Assembly (NCBI GenBank): GCA_049325335.1 | Contig: JBMOMC010000043.1 | Coordinates: forward strand, 245,852-309,851 | DNA: 64,000 bases | Source: Nitrospirota bacterium | GTDB taxonomy: Bacteria; Nitrospirota; Nitrospiria; 2-01-FULL-66-17 | Reading direction: 5' to 3' | In this document: positions 40,575-49,849 of the stretch, piece after piece | How the letters are laid out: each line of letters starts with the position of its first letter | Position numbering within the stretch: position 1 is the first letter of the stretch | Notes under the pieces: model-generated | The model's input: the letters and a program-made list of their open reading frames with translations, nothing else | What the model was told of the DNA's origin: nothing | Databases searched by the model: none | Made by a program: the position numbers and the translations under genes

Positions 40575-43115
40575 ATGGGGAAGCGACGGGCAGTGGCAGG
40601 GCAGTGGGTGGTGTGGGGCGTGCTGGCGCTCGCGGCGGCGGGGTGTAACAGCGGCGGCGGGAGCAGCAGCACGGTGACGGGCGTGGGCCTGGAAATGCCA
40701 ACGGAAGTGTCGGCGGTGCCCGCCAGTGGAAGCGGGGGGTCGAAGATGGTCGCGGCCATGATGGCGCTCGGCGCGGCGGCCGACCCGGGCACGGATTACA
40801 CCAACGCGCAAACCGTGCGGTTCGTTAACGAGCCCACAATCGAACAGTTCGAGATCATCTCGGAGATTCTCGATGCGTTGGCACAAACACACTACGCGGA
40901 CGCGGAGAATATCGGCGCCGGCGCCTACAAGGCCATGATTGCGTTTCAGGACGAAAAAGACGGCGTGGCGACCAAGACGCTCGAGCCCTGGGTCGTCCAG
41001 TCCGACGTCATCACGGAAGGCGGCCAAGCCGTGCTCCGCGTGCGGTTATGGATCGAAGAGAACGACGGCGGGATGGTCCGCACTATCAAGGCCGAGGTCA
41101 AAATTTACGAAGCCGCGACCAAGAATTCGGACGGCTCGTACGCGGATTACGGCGTGTGGACCATCAACGCGAAAATGAGCGAGGACGGCGCCAATTTCTT
41201 TGCGGCGTCCGCGGACCGCGGTTCAAACGGCGAGACGATTTTGCAGCTTCACGAACTGATGGACGAAGGCCCTGGGTTCACGCATGAGGTGAAAGCGTAC
41301 TTGAATAAGTCGGACACCACCGGGCACGGGAAGGTGGAGTATCCGGATTGGAATTCGTGTACCAACTGGCCCTGTACGCCGACCGCTACCACGGCGACGT
41401 ATGCGTATAACAGCACGCACCTCGGCGTCCAACAGGGGAGTGACCCGGCTCAGTACAAGGATCGCACCGCGGTTACGGCGTTGACCAATCGGTACGGCCT
41501 GTTCGACAGCGTGACGGGGGACGATGTCCTCAAGACCCTATCATTCGGGTTCCCGGTGCGATACACCGACGGCGATGGAACGCACTTTGCGTATTACGGC
41601 GCGTGGCAGGGGCGCCACCAACTCTGGTCCAACGGCGGGACGGTGCCGGACGGCACGACCGTGACGCGTGAAGATCATGGGGCGAACCAAACCGCGCAGC
41701 AGTACACCACCGCGTCGTTCACCGGAACGTTGACGAAGCGGACGATGGTGGCCGCGGATATCGCGGATGTGACGAATCTGCCGTTTCAGATCTGGATCAA
41801 CCAAAACGCGGGTTTGATCTATCGGACCAGCGATTCGAGCTGGCACGAGAACCAGTGCCAACCGCCTCCGGGCGGTTGTACGGAAAGTCCCGACGCGTTT
41901 GATCTGAACAAGTTGGTCGTGGAATCCAATAACAACCAGAAGTTCGTCAATATCAATCGGTTCGTCATGGGGTCCGGTATGGTGCAGTACATGTATGACC
42001 CAGCCGGTGACACCACCTTTAATCCCAACAACAACAGCGGACCAGGATTCTACGTGTTAACCGGCTCACCACCAAACTTTACATCGAGCGGGACGCTGTT
42101 GACCCCGACGGACGGCATGGATGTGTGGGCCAACATCGGCGGGTCGATCTACATCGAGTACCAAGGTGAGCCCACCGGCTGGGTGGAAAAAGAATTAGTG
42201 AACTTCAACCAGCAGACGTGGACCCCGGAATTCGGAGACGGAACCAACGACCGGCCCTTTACGCTGGATTTGAACCGGGAATACTACATCAACAACCAAG
42301 GCGCGAACTACGTGGTCAAGAAAACCAATGATTCGCCGGTCACGTATGAAACCATGATCGAACTTCAATCCGTGGCGAATCCGGTCAACGTGGCCACGGT
42401 GTTGAGCGGAGTGGACCATTTCCGCGCGCAATGGGGAGGCAATACGTATACGTTCGATACCGACCCGACCAGCCCCACGTTTCTCAAGTTGCTGTATGGG
42501 ACTGGGACGGACAACCAAGGGAATGCGGTGACGGCGGGCGCAGTGGTCGAAGACGGCCAGTGGGGGTTGGTCGCGCAGGATGCCGGCGACAATGATCTGC
42601 TCGACGGGAACAGCCGTCCAGTGCAGTTCAACTGGGAGTATCCCCGTGACGGCGAAACCTGGGGCATCATGACCTACCTGATCGACTCGAACAGCGATTA
42701 CCACCTGCTCGATGATCCGGTCGCCTTGGCGCCGGTGACGCTGACCAATGGCGCGGGCGATTCCAAGACCCTGTCGCTGCGGTACGACGGCTGGATGCAC
42801 GGGTTGCCGAATCTATTCGAGGAACTGCGTAAGAACGACTTCGTGGTGACGTCGGATATTGCCGACAAGATCATCAACATTCCGGCGGGTACGGAAGTCA
42901 CGGACGCCACGGATTCGTCGCAAAGCTACGTGATCAAACCGCTCGAAGTCAGCGAGTTCCTGGAAGTGGTGGCTGATCCCGGGACGTTGGGCGCGGCCAT
43001 GACCTCGGCATCGGCCGTGGATCTCGACACGGTTCCGGATTTTGTGGAGCACGGCATGGGTGCTATGCCGAGTGTGGACGCTCCCAAGTACTCGGAAGGG
43101 AACCTGATTGAGTAA
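40575..43115 (+). CDS. Large lipoprotein of unknown function
   Basis: SD GGAGGAGG, lipobox AAGC, Gly/Ser tether, T/D/N/G-rich beta composition. Confidence 0.85.
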   Translation: MGKRRAVAGQWVVWGVLALAAAGCNSGGGSSSTVTGVGLEMPTEVSAVPASGSGGSKMVAAMMALGAAADPGTDYTNAQTVRFVNEPTIEQFEIISEILDALAQTHYADAENIGAGAYKAMIAFQDEKDGVATKTLEPWVVQSDVITEGGQAVLRVRLWIEENDGGMVRTIKAEVKIYEAATKNSDGSYADYGVWTINAKMSEDGANFFAASADRGSNGETILQLHELMDEGPGFTHEVKAYLNKSDTTGHGKVEYPDWNSCTNWPCTPTATTATYAYNSTHLGVQQGSDPAQYKDRTAVTALTNRYGLFDSVTGDDVLKTLSFGFPVRYTDGDGTHFAYYGAWQGRHQLWSNGGTVPDGTTVTREDHGANQTAQQYTTASFTGTLTKRTMVAADIADVTNLPFQIWINQNAGLIYRTSDSSWHENQCQPPPGGCTESPDAFDLNKLVVESNNNQKFVNINRFVMGSGMVQYMYDPAGDTTFNPNNNSGPGFYVLTGSPPNFTSSGTLLTPTDGMDVWANIGGSIYIEYQGEPTGWVEKELVNFNQQTWTPEFGDGTNDRPFTLDLNREYYINNQGANYVVKKTNDSPVTYETMIELQSVANPVNVATVLSGVDHFRAQWGGNTYTFDTDPTSPTFLKLLYGTGTDNQGNAVTAGAVVEDGQWGLVAQDAGDNDLLDGNSRPVQFNWEYPRDGETWGIMTYLIDSNSDYHLLDDPVALAPVTLTNGAGDSKTLSLRYDGWMHGLPNLFEELRKNDFVVTSDIADKIINIPAGTEVTDATDSSQSYVIKPLEVSEFLEVVADPGTLGAAMTSASAVDLDTVPDFVEHGMGAMPSVDAPKYSEGNLIE

Positions 43116-43132
43116 CGATTGGTAGATGACAA

Positions 43133-43166
43133 GAAGGGGGAGCGCCTGGCCGGGCGCTCCCCCTTC
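43133..43166. terminator. Hairpin between convergent genes
   Basis: GAAGGGGGAGCGCC...GGCGCTCCCCCTTC. Confidence 0.75.
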
Positions 43167-43194
43167 AGTGTTTTGGGACCAGGTTGGAGTGGAG

Positions 43195-43797
43195 TCAGCC
43201 CGCGGCGCCGACCGTGGTCCGGCAAGACGCGCAGAGTTTCTTGCCGCCGACTGCTACAAGGCGCTCGATGTTGGTGTGTTCACCGCATCCGCCGCACGGC
43301 TCGGCCTTGTACTTGCCGACCTTGGGCGGGGCCGGGAGCGTGACGCGTTGGATGGTAAAGAGCATGTCTTCGGGTGCGCGGAGGATTTCTTTGATCTTTG
43401 AATTGAGTTCCCGATCGAACAGTTGTTTCTCTTCGAGCGTGGCATCGGGCGACCCCGCGTGTTTGCGGCGTTTGCCGAATGCCCCGTCCGGATCAAACGT
43501 TTCCCAGTATTTGGCATAGATCCGTACCGACACCCCGGATTTGGCGTTTTGGAGGATGTATCCGGGTTTGCCGGTGCCCGCGAGAATCAAGTTGCGTTTG
43601 CCCAACGTGCAGCCGGTAAACTCCTGGATCGCGTCCACCGCGCAGGTTTCGTTTTCCACGATGGCGAACACGTCCTTCATGTTGCGCAGTTCCTTGCCCA
43701 TTTCCCGCACCAGGGCCTTGCCCGCCCGATACCCCATGGCAATATCCAGGCACAGGTGCCGGTGAAAATCCACCACGTCGTCGAACGATTTTTCCAT
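43195..43797 (-). CDS. FmdE/FwdE family protein with C-terminal zinc finger
   Basis: FH.H.C...A.GYR, E...C.VDAIQ..TGCTLGK.NL, CxxC...CxxC. Confidence 0.88.
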   Translation of the reverse strand: MEKSFDDVVDFHRHLCLDIAMGYRAGKALVREMGKELRNMKDVFAIVENETCAVDAIQEFTGCTLGKRNLILAGTGKPGYILQNAKSGVSVRIYAKYWETFDPDGAFGKRRKHAGSPDATLEEKQLFDRELNSKIKEILRAPEDMLFTIQRVTLPAPPKVGKYKAEPCGGCGEHTNIERLVAVGGKKLCASCRTTVGAAG

Positions 43798-43950
43798 CAC
43801 AACCTCTCACGGTGAGCCGTGAGGACGCGGGATCAGGCGCGAACCCTCGACGGCAAGCGGATGATCGAATTACGCCCAGTATAGGGGATGCCGCCGGGCG
43901 AAGGCAATCACTGATTGATCGACGCCGAGGGGACTGCTATGATCCCGGGC

Positions 43951-44313
43951 ATGTACATCGAAGTCGAAGACGGACCCAATGGTCCGGGGTGCGATCCCAT
44001 GCGATTTCGCGAGCTCGATCCGCCATGGGTCGTCACGCGGGTCCGGTTGTTCGACCGTCGCGACGACGGCGAGTGGTGCCTGGTGACCGGGGTGAGGAAG
44101 GGGGACGCGCCGTGGGAACCGGCTCGCGTCCGTAAAGTGGAAGACTCCGGCGTGGGCGTGGCATACCTGATTTACGGAGGGCTTTGGGGCATTCGACTGT
44201 GCCCCGCGGACATGGGCAAGCCGTGGCGGTTTGACGACCGTGACCAATGGGGCGCGCCCTACCTGTTGTTGACGGACGCGACGGATATCGTGATGACCCC
44301 TCCCGTGACGTGA
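43951..44313 (+). CDS. Hypothetical protein, first gene of the PhoBR-like operon
   Basis: TTGATC-N17-TATGAT ends 7 nt before the ATG; GTGA overlap with the regulator. Confidence 0.7.
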   Translation: MYIEVEDGPNGPGCDPMRFRELDPPWVVTRVRLFDRRDDGEWCLVTGVRKGDAPWEPARVRKVEDSGVGVAYLIYGGLWGIRLCPADMGKPWRFDDRDQWGAPYLLLTDATDIVMTPPVT

Positions 44314-45008
44314 AAACCGCCCTCGTCATCGAGGACGAACCCGATATCGTCCGCCTGCTCACGCATTACCTCGAACAGTCCGGCTACCGCGTGCGGACCG
44401 AGACCACCGGGTCGGCCGGTCTCCGCGCGGCGCTCGAACGTGTGCCGGACGTGATTATTCTCGATGTGATGCTGCCGGGACTGGACGGGTACGAGGTCTG
44501 TCGCCGTCTGCGGAACGACCCCGCCACCGCCACGGTGCCCATCCTCATGTTGACCGCCCGAGGGGAGGAAACCGACAAGGTGCGCGGTCTGGAGATCGGC
44601 GCGGACGACTACGTGACCAAACCGTTCAGCCCCAAAGAAATTCTCGCCCGCGTCAAAGCCCTGCTCCGCCGATCCGGGGGAGAGGCCGGCGGGACCAGAT
44701 TGGAGTACGGCGTCCTGACGCTTGATGCCGAGCGGCACGAGGTATTGGTCAACGGTCGGGAGACGACGTTGACCGCCAAAGAGTTCGCGCTGTTGGAATA
44801 TCTGCTGCGTCACCGCGGGAAGCTGGCGACGCGCGAGGCGTTACTCAACTCGGTGTGGGGGTACGACGCCGACGTCACGACCCGCACGGTGGACGTACAC
44901 ATCCGACGCTTGCGGGAGAAGATCCCGTCGCTTGCCGCCGCGATCCACACGGTCAAACCCTACGGGTATAAACTGGCGGAGACCCCTTCGGATCGGGAGA
45001 ACGCATGA
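44310..45008 (+). CDS. OmpR-family response regulator (PhoB/PhoP-like)
   Basis: LDVMLPG, LTARGEE.D.V.GLE.GADDY.TKPF, RTVDVHIRRLREK. Confidence 0.93.
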   Translation: MKTALVIEDEPDIVRLLTHYLEQSGYRVRTETTGSAGLRAALERVPDVIILDVMLPGLDGYEVCRRLRNDPATATVPILMLTARGEETDKVRGLEIGADDYVTKPFSPKEILARVKALLRRSGGEAGGTRLEYGVLTLDAERHEVLVNGRETTLTAKEFALLEYLLRHRGKLATREALLNSVWGYDADVTTRTVDVHIRRLREKIPSLAAAIHTVKPYGYKLAETPSDRENA

Positions 45009-46408
45009 CCCGCGCCTGGCGCCTCACCGTGGTCGGCGCGGGGGCCGGGGCCGCCATAGCCGGGGTGGCGGCGACGGTCGGTTACGTCACCAGCCCTTCG
45101 GGGAGGAGTTGGTGGCTGCCGTCGATCGGGGTCGCCGTGGGCATGGGCGCCTTGGGCGGTTGGTTCGCGGGGCGGTGGATCGCCCAACGGCTCGCGCCGC
45201 TGATCGCGGCGGCCTCGGACGTGGCCGAAGGCCGTCGTCCGCGCGTTCCCCGCGACGAGGGCGCGCCCGCCCTGGATGAGATCGAACAGTTGGCCTCCGC
45301 GTTGCGGAGCGCGGCGGACGGCGTGGAGCGGCGGGTGGCCGCCGCCGCCGAAGACCGGACGCGGTTCGGCGCGATCTTGTCCGGGATGGTCGAAGGCGTG
45401 CTCGTGTTGGACCGGGCCGGCCGGATCCTGTTGCTCAACCCGGTCATGGAACGCACGTTGGGCGATTCGGCGCGCCGGGCCGTGGGCCGGCACTGGTTGG
45501 AGGTGGTGCGCCAGCACGACCTCAACGAGCTGATCCGCGCCGTGATTCTTCACGCCGAGCCCCGGGCCGCCGCGATCACGCTCGATGATCCCGGCGAGCC
45601 CCGGACGTTCGCGGTGCAGGGGTCGGTGGCGCGGCGGCCCGACGGCGGCGAGGATGACGTGCGCGCGGTGTTCGTGTTCCACGACGTCACCGCGCTCAAA
45701 AAGCTCGAACGCGTACGGTCGGATTTTATCGCGAACGTGTCCCACGAACTGCGCACGCCGCTGACCGCGATCATCGGGTACCTGGAAGCGTTGCTCGACG
45801 GCGCGCAGGATGACGCGCGTCAACGCGAGGAATTCCTTCGTACCATCAAGACCCACGCGGACCGGCTCGGCGCGCTGGTCCATGACCTGCTGCAACTCTC
45901 GCAGATCGAATCCGGGGACTACCGGTGGCGTCACGAGTCCGTGGACGTCGTGGATCTGGTGCGTCGGACTGCGGAAATGCTCCAGCCGCTTGCCCAGCGC
46001 CGTCATATCGCGGTCAAATGGGCGAGCGAGGCGCCTGCGGCGCGGGTGGTGGCGGACGAGGAAAAGCTCACCCAGGTGCTGGTGAATCTGCTGGATAACG
46101 CGGTCAAATACACCGAACCCGGCGGCGCGGTGGACGCGACGGTGAGCGCGTCGGACGCGGGGGTGGTGATCCGCGTGCGCGATACGGGTATCGGCATCGC
46201 TCCGGTGGACCGCGATCGTGTTTTTGAGCGATTTTATCGCGTGGACCGCGCACGTTCACGCGAGTCGGGAGGCACGGGGCTGGGTCTTTCGATCGTCAAA
46301 CACGTGGTGGAGGCGCACGGCGGGACCGTGAGCGTGGACAGCCACGTGGGCCGCGGCTCTACGTTCACGGTGACGCTGCCTCGCGATGGAGAGCATCACA
46401 CGGCATGA
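45005..46408 (+). CDS. Sensor histidine kinase (PhoR-like, HAMP-PAS-HisKA-HATPase)
   Basis: [43 protein letters not shown]. Confidence 0.93.
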   Translation: MTRAWRLTVVGAGAGAAIAGVAATVGYVTSPSGRSWWLPSIGVAVGMGALGGWFAGRWIAQRLAPLIAAASDVAEGRRPRVPRDEGAPALDEIEQLASALRSAADGVERRVAAAAEDRTRFGAILSGMVEGVLVLDRAGRILLLNPVMERTLGDSARRAVGRHWLEVVRQHDLNELIRAVILHAEPRAAAITLDDPGEPRTFAVQGSVARRPDGGEDDVRAVFVFHDVTALKKLERVRSDFIANVSHELRTPLTAIIGYLEALLDGAQDDARQREEFLRTIKTHADRLGALVHDLLQLSQIESGDYRWRHESVDVVDLVRRTAEMLQPLAQRRHIAVKWASEAPAARVVADEEKLTQVLVNLLDNAVKYTEPGGAVDATVSASDAGVVIRVRDTGIGIAPVDRDRVFERFYRVDRARSRESGGTGLGLSIVKHVVEAHGGTVSVDSHVGRGSTFTVTLPRDGEHHTA

Positions 46409-47196
46409 GCGATTCGTGGTGGTTGCCCGTCCTCTTGGGCGCGGTGGAAGGACTCACGGAGTTTTTGCCGGTCTCATCCACCGGGCACCTGATCCTCGCC
46501 GGTGCGTTGTTGGGATTCACGGGCGAGTTTGCGAAAACGTTCGAGGTGGCGATCCAACTCGGCGCCATCCTCGCGGTGGTCGCGTACTTTCGCGAGCGGC
46601 TGTTCGGGCTGGCGCGCGGGTTACCCACTGATTCCGGAGCCCGCGCGGTGGCCACGGCCGTGATCATCGCGTTCCTCCCCGCGGCGCTGGTGGGATTTGT
46701 CGGCCACGACGCCATCAAGGCGTATCTGTTCAACACGCAGACGGTCGCGTGGTCGCTGGTCGTGGGCGGGGTGGCGATTTTGGCCATCGAGTCGATGCGA
46801 CTAGAGGGCCGCGTCACGCGGCTGGAAGCCGTGGATATCCGGACGGCATTGTGGGTAGGCGTGGCGCAGTGCGCGTCGCTCATCCCGGGCGTGTCGCGGG
46901 CGGGCGCCACGATCATGGGCGGTCTGCTCGCGGGGATGGACCGCAAGACCGCGTCGGAGTTCTCGTTTTTCCTGGCGCTGCCCACCATGTTCGCGGCCAC
47001 GTTCTACGACGGATACAAGAATCGGGCGCTGCTGGTCGAGGAAAACTTGGTCTGGCTGGCGTTGGGATTCGTGTCGGCCTTCATCACCGCATTGGCGGTC
47101 ATCGCCGTCTTCATGCGGTTTATCCAACGGCACACGTTCCGGCCGTTCGCGTATTACCGCATCGTGGTCGGGGGGTGGTTGCTGTTGTTGGCGTGA
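46405..47196 (+). CDS. uppP: Undecaprenyl-diphosphatase
   Basis: EGLTEFLPVSSTGH, PGVSRAGATI. Confidence 0.95.
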   Translation: MSDSWWLPVLLGAVEGLTEFLPVSSTGHLILAGALLGFTGEFAKTFEVAIQLGAILAVVAYFRERLFGLARGLPTDSGARAVATAVIIAFLPAALVGFVGHDAIKAYLFNTQTVAWSLVVGGVAILAIESMRLEGRVTRLEAVDIRTALWVGVAQCASLIPGVSRAGATIMGGLLAGMDRKTASEFSFFLALPTMFAATFYDGYKNRALLVEENLVWLALGFVSAFITALAVIAVFMRFIQRHTFRPFAYYRIVVGGWLLLLA

Positions 47197-47305
47197 GCCG
47201 GTAGCCCCGCGTTGCGTGTCGGCGGCCGATACTGGCCGTATCCCCGCGGTTTGGTATACTGTGTCCAGCGCGGGGTCACGTCGGTTTCAGTCACACCAGC
47301 ACACC

Positions 47306-48736
47306 ATGTCGTCGGCACACGGGTCCACTCCAGCAGTCGTCACGCCTCCCTCGCGCGAAGCCGTCCGCCGGAGCCTCACCTATTCCACGCGAGACGGGGT
47401 GTGCGCGTCGGTCATGTCGGGCGTGGGCGACACCTATCTTGGGGCATTCGCGATTTTTCTGCACGCGTCAAACTCGCAGATCGCGTTTCTCACCGCGGTC
47501 CCGCAGTTGTTGGGCGCGTGGTTTCAATTCGTGTCGGTGCGCGCGCTACACCAGTGGCAACGCCGCAAACCGCTGATCATCGCGGGCGTGTTGGGGCAAG
47601 CGTTGACGTGGCTGTTGATCATCGCCACGCCGTTCGCGTTCGACCAGGGCGGGGTGTGGTGGCTGCTGTTGGGCGCCACGTGTTATCACCTCTTGGGCAA
47701 TTTCGCGGCGCCGCCCTGGAACAGCCTGATGGGCGATCTCGTGCACCCCAATCAGCGCGGCCGATACTTCGGGCAACGCAACCGTGCCATGAGCGTGGCC
47801 GCGTTCGCGGCGCTCTGCCTAGGGGGCGTGTTGCTGCACCGAGCCGAACAACGCGGCGCGGTGGTGGCGGGGTTTGTGCTGGTGTTCGTCATTGCATTAG
47901 CCGCCCGCCTGCTCTCCGCCTACTACCTGTCGCGTATGGTTGAGCCCCCCTATGTCTCGACCCATGAGGACCGATTTTCGTTGTGGCAGTTTCTGCGCGA
48001 CGGTCGCCGGACCAACTTCGGACGATTCGTCGGGTACGTGGGCTCGATGCACTTTGCCGTGCAGGTGTCCGGCCCCATGATCGCTCCGTACCTGCTGCGG
48101 GATCTGCGGTTCACGTATCTGGAGTTCATGTTGGCCACGGCGGCCGTGGTGGTGGCGCAATTCCTGACGCTTCCGTGGTGGGGCCGGGTGTGCGATCGGT
48201 TCGGCAATCGGCGGGTCCTGACCGTGACCGGGCTTCTGTTGCCCGTCATTCCGGTGTTCTGGCTCTTTACCACGAGTGTGTCCGGTATTGTCGCGGTCCA
48301 GATGTTCGCGGGCGCGAGTTGGGCGGGGTTTGCGTTGGCGATGGGCAACTTTCTTTTCGACAACGTCAAACCGGCCAAACGGCCGCAATGCGTAGCGGTG
48401 TACAGCGCGGCCAATGCCGGCGGGGTGTTTCTGGGCGCATCGCTCGCAGGTCTGTTGGTGCTCAAGCTCCCGGATGCGATTTCGGTCGGCAGCCTACACA
48501 TACCCCTCGTGTCGAACCTGCAACTGCTGTTTCTCCTCTCCGCCGTCCTGCGCCTTGGGGTGTCGCTCAAATTTTTACCGATGATCCGGGAAGCCCGCGC
48601 AGTCGCGCCGTTCGACGTGGCCGAGGCGTCGCCGCGGTTTTTGGTCATGGGCTGGCAGGCGGGCGCGCGGGTGGTGGGGACGCTCGGACGCGCGGTCACC
48701 GTGGTGATCTTGGTCGTGGTTGGTCAGCGGCGTTGA
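47306..48736 (+). CDS. MFS transporter
   Basis: About 12 TM; W.SLMGDLV....RGRYFG.R; D.FG.RR motif. Confidence 0.85.
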   Translation: MSSAHGSTPAVVTPPSREAVRRSLTYSTRDGVCASVMSGVGDTYLGAFAIFLHASNSQIAFLTAVPQLLGAWFQFVSVRALHQWQRRKPLIIAGVLGQALTWLLIIATPFAFDQGGVWWLLLGATCYHLLGNFAAPPWNSLMGDLVHPNQRGRYFGQRNRAMSVAAFAALCLGGVLLHRAEQRGAVVAGFVLVFVIALAARLLSAYYLSRMVEPPYVSTHEDRFSLWQFLRDGRRTNFGRFVGYVGSMHFAVQVSGPMIAPYLLRDLRFTYLEFMLATAAVVVAQFLTLPWWGRVCDRFGNRRVLTVTGLLLPVIPVFWLFTTSVSGIVAVQMFAGASWAGFALAMGNFLFDNVKPAKRPQCVAVYSAANAGGVFLGASLAGLLVLKLPDAISVGSLHIPLVSNLQLLFLLSAVLRLGVSLKFLPMIREARAVAPFDVAEASPRFLVMGWQAGARVVGTLGRAVTVVILVVVGQRR

Positions 48737-48838
48737 AATTGACTATAAGATAAGTAAAAACAATGTGTTGTATGTTCATGAGACTCCGGTCAGTCCGGAG
48801 CGACTCGCGGGAAAATATGCTTTTTTCGAATACTTTGC

Positions 48839-48868
48839 TTGACACGTTCTCCCGCGAGGGAGTATAAC
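48839..48868 (+). promoter_or_regulatory. Sigma70-type promoter
   Basis: TTGACA-N18-TATAAC. Confidence 0.65.
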
Positions 48869-48883
48869 GAGGCGGATTCAGGC

Positions 48884-49144
48884 ATGATGCGTCTGGCCCT
48901 GTATGCTGGACTGGCTGTGCTTGCCCTGCTGGTACTCTCCATGTTGGCGGGGGGCGGCCGGGCGCGGCGACGGGCCGGATCGGAGCAACCAGACGACGTC
49001 ATGGTCCGTGATCCGGTCTGTTCCATGTACCTGCCGAAAGCCAAGGCGTTGGCGCGGCGGATCGGTGACGCCACGGTGTATTTTTGCGGCGAGGCGTGCG
49101 CGGACCGATATGAATCGCAACGAAGGGACTCGAAGGCGCCATGA
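48884..49144 (+). CDS. Membrane-anchored YHS/TRASH domain protein
   Basis: DPVC.M...YFC...C...Y. Confidence 0.85.
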   Translation: MMRLALYAGLAVLALLVLSMLAGGGRARRRAGSEQPDDVMVRDPVCSMYLPKAKALARRIGDATVYFCGEACADRYESQRRDSKAP

Positions 49145-49791
49145 AGCTCTTTATTGATACCGCCAGCTTAAAGGAAATCCGCGAAGCCGCGGCCATGGGA
49201 TTGGTCGACGGCGTCACCACCAACCCCACGCTGGTGGCCAAAGAGGGCCGTCCGTTCCGGCAGATCATCGAAGAAATTTGCCAGGTCGTGGACGGCCCGA
49301 TCAGCGCCGAGGTCACCGCGGTTGACTGCGACGGGATGCTCAAGGAAGGTCGTGAACTCGCTAAGATTCATCCCAACGTCGTGGTGAAGGTGCCATTGAT
49401 TCCCGAGGGGCTCAAAGCGGTCCGTCGGTTCAGCGAGGAAGGGATCAAGACCAACGTCACCTTATGTTTCTCCGCCACCCAAGCGTTGCTGGCGGCCAAG
49501 GCGGGCGCGCATTTTATCAGCCCGTTCGTGGGGCGATTGGACGACGTCAGCGAGGAAGGGATGGGCCTGATTCGCCAGATCGTGACCATTTATCGCAACT
49601 ATGATTTTAAGACCCAAGTGTTGGTCGCGAGCGTACGGCATCCGTTGCACGTGGTGGATGCGGCCATGACGGGCGCGGACGCGGCCACCATGCCGTACGC
49701 GGTGATCATGCAGTTGTCCAAACACCCGTTGACCGACCTTGGGTTGAAACGATTCCTGGCGGACTGGGAAAAGCTCCAAAAGTCACCTTAA
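49141..49791 (+). CDS. Transaldolase / fructose-6-phosphate aldolase
   Basis: FIDTA, GVTTNP, VVKVP, TNVTL.FS, ISPFVGR.DD. Confidence 0.95.
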   Translation: MKLFIDTASLKEIREAAAMGLVDGVTTNPTLVAKEGRPFRQIIEEICQVVDGPISAEVTAVDCDGMLKEGRELAKIHPNVVVKVPLIPEGLKAVRRFSEEGIKTNVTLCFSATQALLAAKAGAHFISPFVGRLDDVSEEGMGLIRQIVTIYRNYDFKTQVLVASVRHPLHVVDAAMTGADAATMPYAVIMQLSKHPLTDLGLKRFLADWEKLQKSP

Positions 49792-49849
49792 CGCGGGGCC
49801 GCGGCGGGCGTCAACCGACCCCGCGGATGCGCTCGAGCGAGGCACGTAC

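Noticed and set aside
43195..43797. Methanogenesis or C1 pathway inferred from FmdE
   Set aside because: Stand-alone FmdE-family genes are widespread, and no other fmd/fwd genes are present
48845..48862. MerR/CueR operator before the YHS gene (CTCCC-GCGA-GGGAG)
   Set aside because: Spacer is 18 bp rather than 19-20, and the sequence does not match the CueR consensus
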